From assembly GCA_002104945.1 (NCBI GenBank), contig MCFH01000001.1:1116001-1180000 (forward strand): a DNA stretch of 64,000 bases, in the 5' to 3' direction. Below the pieces are notes generated by a model that was not told the DNA's origin, searched no databases, and saw only the letters and a list, made by a program, of their open reading frames with translations. Shown in pieces: positions 55,113 to 64,000 of this stretch; position 1 is the stretch's first letter; each line of letters begins with the position of its first letter. Source of the stretch: Piromyces finnis finn (lineage: Eukaryota; Fungi; Neocallimastigomycota). Made by a program: the position numbers and the translations under genes.

Positions 55113-58100
55113 CTAGGAAGAGAATACACATCTTTTATTTATTTACTTACTTAATTAGTGATATTACATAATATTAGGTGATAATACATATTGATAATGA
55201 TATAATAAATAATAAATAAAAATAAAAATAATAAAATATATATAAATAAAAATATAAATATAAAAAAATATAAAATAATTATTTAAGTTGCATAAAAGTT
55301 CAATGAACTCTGCAATTTGTACTGTGTGGGATTGGTCCCTACCTAATAAATTAAATGAAATAAAAAAAAGAAGTAACATCAGGTATGATAGTGTGGTGTC
55401 CACTAAACTCTCCCATGAGTTCATAATGTTTTCATTCGAATTTGAGGAAATACTAACATTGAACCCTGTGTACGGAACATTGGAAATGTTCCTTTGCCAT
55501 ATCGGTACGACGTCGGCTCTTGATTACGTTAGGTGTCTTACTAAACCTATCAAAAAGTAGCTTCATAGAGCTACTAATGATAGGGATTGTTTTAGTAAGA
55601 AAAGCCGCGAGACCCTCTACATATGGAACATGAGACCCCGATGAACTGTAAAGCTGTTCATTCAAATGTCTTTGTTCCGCCTTATCGATTTGTAGCTCAT
55701 CATAAGCTAAAGTTCCACCAAGAAGGAACGTAAAAATATAGTTATAAATTATTTTTCTTACTTCCGTTTCGGGGAGTAAGTATGTGATGAATTGATTCTT
55801 ATATTTATTGTAAAAAAGGGTAAAAAGATCGTCAAGAAAGCTAAGTGAAGAAGCTCTGTATTCAGAGAATGCAGAACATTCTAATATCCAATGGTAAAAA
55901 GATTGTTCGTCATATCCGCAACATGGACAGACACGAGGGCAGTCAGGAGTAACTCTATTACTGGCAATAGCAATTCGGGTAGTATTTTCATAACCGCATC
56001 GAATACGAATAATCCAGGTAATTCCTAAATTTAAGTGAGGTTTGTTGAGACCGATATGCATTAGGCGATTTGAATTAAGGAATTTGTTGTTAGTATATCT
56101 GAGGGCTTTACATCCATTATTTAGGCTACTATTATTCCAATAATATTCTCTAATATCTTTAGTACTTTTAATATTTATTTTCATAAGCTTCTTATGTAGT
56201 GAACAAGATTCTTTGGCCCAAGAGTAATGAGACATGGGAGGAATAGATCGGACGAGATCTTTAATTATACAATTTGATTTTCTCCATTTAACAAAGCATT
56301 TCACTTGTTGCGCAGCACAAATACCTGAAAGGGTAGGGATCTTCATATCTCTTGTAAGAGCATACAGACTAATAAATGAATTTCGTTCAAAAACAAAATC
56401 TTTGTTATTAAAACTTTTATTGTGAAAGCTATTGACACTCCATAAAACAGCAGTATTGATAAGAGATTGGACTCTTCTAGTTCTATTTTTGTTGGAACCA
56501 AGCAAAGGAGCATAATAAGAGACTTTGCTTAAAATATAAGAATGAATTACTATGTTTTTTAAGCCAATAGGAACACAATTGTTGGTGAGGAAGTTCTTAA
56601 AAGAGAATAAAGAATTCTGAACTTTTTTGTACATATTAGACAGAATAGGAGTCAAAGAAAGATCTTCGTCGAATGGGATTCCAAGATAAGTATAGCAAGA
56701 AACCTTTGGAATCGAGTACATACCGATGTAAAATGTTGGGTCGACATAACTAGGGGATCTATTAAAGTTGATAGGTTTAACAACAATAGTTGCACATTTA
56801 TTTATTCCAAAAGACATTTCATTTAAATTAGCCCAATCAAGGACTAGATTGAGCATCTTTTGAAGGTTCTTCTTACTAGGAGCAATCAAAACAATGTCAT
56901 CAGCGAAAAGGCCACCACAACAACGTTTATTACCTAAGCTAACTCCAAGCCTTTCACATTTATTTAAAATATCATTGATAAAGAGGTTAAACAGTATAGG
57001 AGAAAGAGGACATCCTTGTCTTACACCACGGTTTATAGGGAATTCATTGGAAAGCATATCCAAGAAACGTGCACGAGCTTTAGAGGTAGAGTAGAGATTA
57101 TTGAGAAAATCAAAACATTTACCACGTATACCTAATTTATATAACTTTGTAAGGATATTAAAAATAGGAACTGAGTCGTATGCTTTTTTAAGGTCTAGAA
57201 AGGCGACATAAGTGGCTTTTCCTTTAAATTTCCTTCTTTGACAGATTTCTCTAATGGAAATAAATAAGCTAATACATTCTTCTTTATTGCGAAAACCAAA
57301 TTGCTCAGGTCTTATAAAATTATGAGAAAGAGCATACTTTGAAATTCTATTAGTTACAATTTTTGAAATAATTTTAAGACCTACATTGATGAGAGAAATA
57401 CCACGATAATTATTACAGTCTGAAAGATCGCCTTTCTTTGGAATAGAAACAATGGAAGCAGAGTTCCATTTCAAAGGAAAGGAACCATTCCAGATTTTAT
57501 TAAAAATTAATTTAAGACAATTTCCAGCAGACTTATGTTCTTTCTCCAGTTCTTCGTTACAAAAGAAAGCTTTGAAAAATTCAATTGGGATACCATCGGG
57601 ACCTGGAGCCTTGTTATTCTTCATTGACAGAACAACATTTCTAATTTCCTCAATAGAAATGGGACCATTTATATCCCATGCTATTTGATTGATATGGTTG
57701 AATTGGAAGGCACTTTCCCAGTAACCACGATTTAAGCTGTAATTTGTAACATCAGATGCAAGATTTTCATAATGTTCAGCCCAACGTTTTAATTGTTCTT
57801 GAGGAGTAAATAAATCCTTGCCATTCTTGTCCTTAATAGTTGAAACATGGGAGGACGAATAACTTGGTTTGGCAAGTTTTTTAAGGCCTTTCCAACCTTG
57901 TCTAAAGCTTTTATCAATAAAATGTTTACCGATAGAAACAATATTAGCTTTATAGAGATTGGATCTGAATTTGCTCTTAACCTTTTTGATGGTATTACAT
58001 AGATTTTGGTATATGGAGAACTGGTTAAGATAATTTTCCATGTCAGCGCAATCTGAAAGGGGCTTAATATTTTTGTAAGCCAGGTGTTTTTCATGTGATA

Positions 58101-59114
58101 AGTTTTTGATGTATTGAGGGCAATGGAATGCTGGACCTTTTAAATCTGCAGGCACAATGGCTTTTATTTCTTTACCTATAGTTTTGGAAGTATCTAAAAA
58201 TCTTGAAACCATATCGTCAGCCGAAAGGCTATCACAATTAGCTTCAAGCTCGGAAGCTAGAACAGCAAAGCGATTACTAGTAAGAATGTCAGAACACTTT
58301 GTGTTACAGATATGACTTGACCACTTAAAGGTCTTCTTAGGCTTTTTGAAACCATCCGAAGAGTCTTTTTTACAAGACACAAGGATCGGTTTGTGATCAG
58401 AAACATCGTGGAAAACTTCACAAACTGAAGATTTGTTTATGTGTTCTGTCATAGCTTTGTTGTATATAATATGATCAATGCATGAAGATTTAGATCCTTT
58501 TTCCCAGGTAAAATTATTACCAGTTAACTCAGCCATAGTCCAATCCGGGAAGTGTTGTGATATATAAGATTTGATTTTAATAGCTGACATATTAAAGTCT
58601 CCTACAAGGATAGCTGGGTGGTTGAATTTGTTATGCGTTGTTAACCACTTATCAAGTTCATCAAAGGCAATTAATCTAGCATCCGGCCATCTAGTTTGCG
58701 GGAAGTAAATATTACCAATGGTACATCTCTGGTTCCAAAATGACAATATTGTAACTGAAATGATGTACTTATATAGAAGAGGTTCAGGAGTAAAGGAACA
58801 AGAATTATGAACACCAATGTAAAGTCCTCTCATACCTGGAACTTTAGGATTAGCACGTCTGTGTACTGGTTTATAGTTCGGTAGGCATGGGGAGGAAATT
58901 GCATTACCACAGAGGAATTGGCTGTTACCTACTTCTTGAAGACAGACACATACAGGTTTGAAAACAGAGATGAAGTATAAAACACCGTCCTTTTTCTCCG
59001 GGTTCCAACCATTGATGTTCCAACAAGTACATAAGTTGAAAAAGGAAGCATTAGAGCTTAGATGACTAAAATAGAAATCGTCAGAGAGTGGACCAGTAGT
59101 AGATTTGATAGATC
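55063..59114 (-). mobile_element. LINE family B: intact APE endonuclease + RT + CCHC ORF, poly(A) tail, 12-14 bp TSD
   Basis: Open frame 59114-55453: CWNINGW, CLQEV, LVGDFN, CIDHI, SDHKP (APE); KAPGPDG, YRGISL, QFGFR, FLDLKKAYDSV, GVRQGCPLSP, LFADD (RT); CPCC..H...C. T-run 55063-55109 with AATAAA 24 nt before the tail. TCTGATTTTCTATT at 55051-55064 and 59115-59128. Confidence 0.96.
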
Positions 59115-59180
59115 TCTGATTTTCTATTGATTCAGGACGAATCACCATCGTTGAACATTTCTGGATACCAAATTCCATTT

Positions 59181-59182
<2 letters not shown>

Positions 59183-59229
<47 letters not shown>

Positions 59230-60731
59230 GGCATCAAATATTTTAAACTTTATTATTAATTTAATTAAAATTATAATACATGAAATATAAAAATTAAAAT
59301 AAAATAAAAATAAAAAAAATATGTTTAAATAAACACAAATGAATAAAAATTGGGTATAATGTATTCTAGTAATTTTAATTAAAGTAAGAAAGCCACTATC
59401 ATACTAAAGTATAATAATTGTATTTGACTTCCAATGGGACACCGAGCCAAAGATCAAAATTTTATCATGGGACAAAATTATGATCTCCATTGGTTGCGCT
59501 GGCCCTCCTGGCCTGTCTTACTGTTTCTTCAGCATTGACGCTCTTGGATGTTGCTTCAAACCTTTTGAACATTGACCATTGCTGGCCAATAGCAAAAGGC
59601 ATGATTTTGGTTAGAAGTTCCGCGGTTACCGTCAAGAATGGTGTTCCTTCGTTAGTACCAGATTGAATCTGACGCTTACAAATTTCTTTCCATTCCCTTG
59701 AATTGTAATTAATATTGTTAAAACTTCTTCCCCCAAGAAGGAATTTAAATATTTTACTGCACACACTAGAATAATCATACACATTAATATTCACCGGATT
59801 ATTAGAACTATTACTATCATTAACTAAATTACTATCTAAATTAGAATTATTATCTTCACTATTGCTATCATTACTAATATTATTATTTCTATTATTACTA
59901 TTGTTACTATTACTATTGTTATTATTAATATTATTACTATTACTATTACTGTTATTGTTATCTCTGTTGATATTAACATTTTCATTATTATTGATAGGAC
60001 TATTGGAATTACGTTGACTGAAAAAATTTAATAGATGGACTATAGAATCATAATGTTTAATAAGGATATCTCTAAATGTTGGACAATCTAATAACCAATG
60101 TTTAATACTTTGATCTCCACACTTGCAACATGGACAGTAGTTAGGACAAACTGGATCAACAAATTTAGCAGCTTTGGCAACTCTAGCATACAACTTGTAT
60201 CCGCTTCTTGCTTTCAATAGCCAGTAGAAGCCATAGGCAAACTCTGGGTACTCATAACATAATTTAATGAAATCTTTAGTTTCAATAAATTTATTATCAT
60301 CATAATATTGCGCTTTGATTGAATTCCCTTTGAGATCTTTCCAATAAAAGTTTTTAACTGCTTTAACATCTCCATGTTTCTTTAGTTTTTTATCAAGTGT
60401 CCTACTTGATTTGCACCACGTGTATTTTCTAAATTTAGGAATGTAATTGACAAGGTGTGAGATAATACAATTTGAGTTTTTCCATTTGTTAAAACATCTA
60501 ACCTGAGCTAACGCACATTTGGCTGACAATGGAGGAATATTCAAATCTTTTGAAATAGAGTATAAAGATATAAACGATACAGCTTTATGAACTCCGGCAA
60601 CCCATCGTATTCCTTTGTTAACATGCTTCTGAGCAATCCTAGACCTAGCTTTGTTGGATCCAAGTAATGGTGCAAAGTATGAAACTCTGCTAATCACTTG
60701 TGAGTTAAGTACTAGCTTTTTGAAAGGAATA
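59183..60731 (-). mobile_element. LINE family A copy A3 (5'-truncated)
   Basis: T44 tail at 59183-59226, family-A 3' UTR and an open C-terminal ORF (59465-60697), near-identical to A5. Confidence 0.95.
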
Positions 60732-60799
60732 ATCTTTTTTAAGCATCCTCTTGTTGGAGCACAAAAAGGCCAAATATGTCTCTTTATTAAACAAACTAT

Positions 60800-60801
<2 letters not shown>

Positions 60802-60832
<31 letters not shown>

Positions 60833-61754
60833 GGCATCAAATATTTTAAACTTTATTATTAATTTAATTAAAATTATAATACATGTAATAAAAAATTAAA
60901 AATAAAAATAAAAATAAAAAAAATATGTTTAAATAAACACAAATGAATAAAAATTGGGTATAATGTATTCTAGTAATTTTAATTAAAGTAAGAAAGCCAC
61001 TATCATACTAAAGTATAATAATTGTATTTGACTTCCAATGGGACACCGAGCCAAAGATCAAAATTTTGTCATGGAACAAAATTATGATCTCCATTGGTTG
61101 CGCTGGCCCTCCTGGCCTGTCTTACTGTTTCTTCAGCATTGACGCTCTTGGATGTTGCTTCAAACCTTTTGAACATTGACCATTGCTGGCCAATAGCAAA
61201 AGGCATGATTTTGGTTAGAAGTTCCGCGGTTACCGTCAAGAATGGTGTTCCTTCATTAGTACCAGATTGAATCTGACGCTTACAAAGTTCTTTCCATTCC
61301 CTTGAATTGTAATTGATATTGTTAAAACTTCTTCCCCCAAGAAGGAATTTAAATATTTTACTGCACACACTAGAATAATCATACACATTAATATTCACCG
61401 GATTATTAGAACTATTACTATCATTAACTAAATTACTATCTAAATTAGAATTATTATCTTCACTATTGCTATCATTACTAATATTATTATTTCTATTACT
61501 ACTATTGTTATTATTACTATTTCTATTACTACTATTGTTATTATTACTATTGTTACTATTACTATTAATGTTATTACTATCTCTACTGATATTATCAATT
61601 TCATTATTATTGATAGGACTATTGGAATTACGTTGACTGAAAAAATTTAATAGCTGGACTATGGAATCATAATGTTTAATACGGATATCTCTAAATGTTG
61701 GACAATCTAATAACCAATGTTTAATACTTTGATCTCCACACTTGCAACATGGAC

Positions 61755-61757
<3 letters not shown>
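60802..61757 (-). mobile_element. LINE family A copy A4 (5'-truncated at the CCHC knuckle)
   Basis: T28 tail at 60802-60829; the sequence stops at (N)CPCC, where it abuts the A5 poly(A). Confidence 0.95.
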
Positions 61758-61813
<56 letters not shown>

Positions 61814-64000
61814 GGCATCAAATATTTTAAACTTTATTATTAATTTAATTAAAATTATAATACATGTAATATAAAAATTAAAATAAAATAAAAATAAAAA
61901 AAAATATGTTTAAATAAACACAAATGAATAAAAATTGGGTATAATGTATTCTAGTAATTTTAATTAAAGTAAGAAAGCCACTATCATACTAAAGTATAAT
62001 AATTGTATTTGACTTCCAATGGGACACCGAGCCAAAGATCAAAATTTTGTCATGGAACAAAATTATGATCTCCATTGGTTGCGCTGGCCCTCCTGGCCTG
62101 TCTTACTGTTTCTTCAGCATTGACGCTCTTGGATGTTGCTTCAAACCTTTTGAACATTGTCCATTGCTGGCCAATAGCAAAAGGCATGATTTTGGTTAGA
62201 AGTTCCGCGGTTACCGTCAAGAATGGTGTTCCTTCATTAGTACCAGATTGAATCTGACGCTTACAAAGTTCTTTCCATTCCCTTGAATTGTAATTAATAT
62301 TGTTAAAACTTCTTCCCCCAAGAAGGAATTTAAATATTTTACTGCACACACTAGAATAATCATACACATTAATATTCACCGGATTATTAGAACTATTACT
62401 ATCATTAACTAAATTACTATCTAAATTAGAATTATTATCTTCACTATTGCTATCATTACTAATATTATTATTTCTATTATTGTTATTATTACTATTGTTA
62501 CTATTACTATTGTTACTATTACTATTGTTATTACTACTATTGTTACTATTACTATTAATGTTATTACTATCTCTACTGATATTATCAATTTCATTATTAT
62601 TGATAGGACTATTGGAATTACGTTGACTGAAAAAATTTAATAGCTGGACTATGGAATCATAATGTTTAATAAGGATATCTCTAAATGTTGGACAATCTAA
62701 TAACCAATGTTTAATACTTTGATCTCCACACTTGCAACATGGACAGTAGTTAGGACAAACTGGATCAACAAATTTGGCAGCTTTGGCAACTCTAGCATCC
62801 AACTTGTATCCGCTTCTTGCTTTCAATAGCCAGTAGAAGCCATAGGCAAACTCTGGGTACTCATAACATAATTTAATAAAATCTTTAGTTTCAATAAATT
62901 TATTATCATCATAATATTGCGCTTTGATTGAATTCCCTTTGAGATCTTTCCAATAAAAGTTTTTAACTGCTTTAACATCTCCATGTTTCTTTAGTTTTTT
63001 ATCAAGTGTCCTACTTGATTTGCACCACGTGTATTTTCTAAATTTAGGAATGTAATTGACAAGGTGTGAGATAATACAATTTGAGTTTTTCCATTTGTTA
63101 AAACATCTAACCTGAGCTAACGCACATTTGGCTGACAATGGAGGAATATTCAAATCTTTTGAGATAGAGTATAAAGATATAAACGATACAGCTTTATGAA
63201 CTCCGGCAACCCATCGTATTCCTTTGTTAACATGCTTCTGAGCAATCCTAGACCTAGCTTTGTTGGATCCAAGTAATGGTGCAAAGTATGAAACTCTGCT
63301 AATCACTTGTGAGTTAAGTACTAGTTTTTTGAAAGGAATAGGAATATTAGGATTTCTTAAGAATTTACTGACTGAGAAAAGTCCTTTCAAAACCTTGTTA
63401 TTAAGAGCTTTAATTACTGGTTTAAGGGACAGATTCTTATCAAATGGAACACCAAGATAAGTATAGCAATCAGTAGTTGGAATGGGTTGTCCTGCTAAGT
63501 AAAATGTTGGATCTCTCTTGTTCTGATTTTCTATTGATTCAGGACGAATCACCATCGTTGAACATTTCTGGATACCAAATTCCATTTCATTATACAGTGC
63601 CCATTCATTAACTCTTCTAAGCATCTTTTTTAAGCATCCTCTTGTTGGAGCACAAATAACTATATCATCTGCAAAAAGTCCACCACAGCATCGAGTGTCA
63701 CCTAAACTGACTCCTAGATCTTCGCACTCTCTAAATATATCATTAATAAAGAGATTAAAGAGAATAGGAGAAAGAGGGCATCCTTGACGGACTCCTTTCT
63801 TCACATCAAAAGATTTCGAGAATTGTCCATCTAATTTGACATTAGCCTTAGATGTTAAATATAAATTTTTGATAAATTGTAAACTCTTACCTCGGATTCC
63901 TAAACAATCTAATTTATGGAGAATATTACCGATTGGGACTGAATCGTATGCTTTCCTGAGATCTAAAAAGGCCAAATATGTCTCTTTATTATCTAATTGA
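61757..64000 (-). mobile_element. LINE family A copy A5 (RT + CCHC, open frame running off the window)
   Basis: T54 tail at 61757-61810 with AATAAA 22 nt before the tail. ORF with FLDLRKAYDSV, GVRQGCPLSP, LFADD and CPCC..H...C; the frame is still open at 64000. Confidence 0.96.

Noticed and set aside
59115-59178. ATG at 59178 as the native start of the family-B ORF
   Set aside because: It lies outside the TSD, in family-A sequence.
52684-60788. One single host element (A1 plus all junction fragments) split by A2, B and A3
   Set aside because: The fragments are collinear, but their 149 bp are identical to A5 while A1 differs by about 5-6%, so they are unlikely to be the same copy.
59183-64000. 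A3-A5 as pure assembly duplication
   Set aside because: The copies differ in SNPs, N/S linker length, tail length and truncation point. Not fully excluded without reads.

Overview
Extremely AT-rich eukaryotic DNA with short GT-AG introns and long (AAT)n/(ATTT)n tracts. The gene content (CBM18 fusion, intronless bacterial-type MATE, beta-helix class C-like GPCR) points to an anaerobic gut fungus (Neocallimastigomycota); this is inference. Bases 1-52,000 hold eight protein genes: MATE transporter (+), Bud6/Aip3 (-, 8 exons), 3xCBM18-metallophosphoesterase (-), an orphan membrane protein (-), an RGS protein (-), a TmcB/TmcC-like membrane protein with a tandem array of PKA-type sites (+), a beta-helix/EGF/7TM receptor (+) and proteasome alpha7 with Pro17 changed to Leu (+). 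This part also holds a bacterial-type AAA-ATPase pseudogene abutting a LINE relic. Bases 52,684-64,000 are a same-strand, head-to-tail stack of non-LTR retrotransposons. Five family-A copies (A1-A5) are joined poly(A) tail to truncated 5' end, with no target-site duplication (TSD) visible and the most diverged copy at the left. One intact APE-RT family-B ORF sits inside a 92-bp family-A fragment with a 12-14 bp TSD. The polarised array is the strongest candidate for an undescribed system (end-extending or self-targeting LINE). No rRNA, tRNA, CRISPR or TTAGGG arrays were seen. Exon structures were read by hand and no database searches were run.
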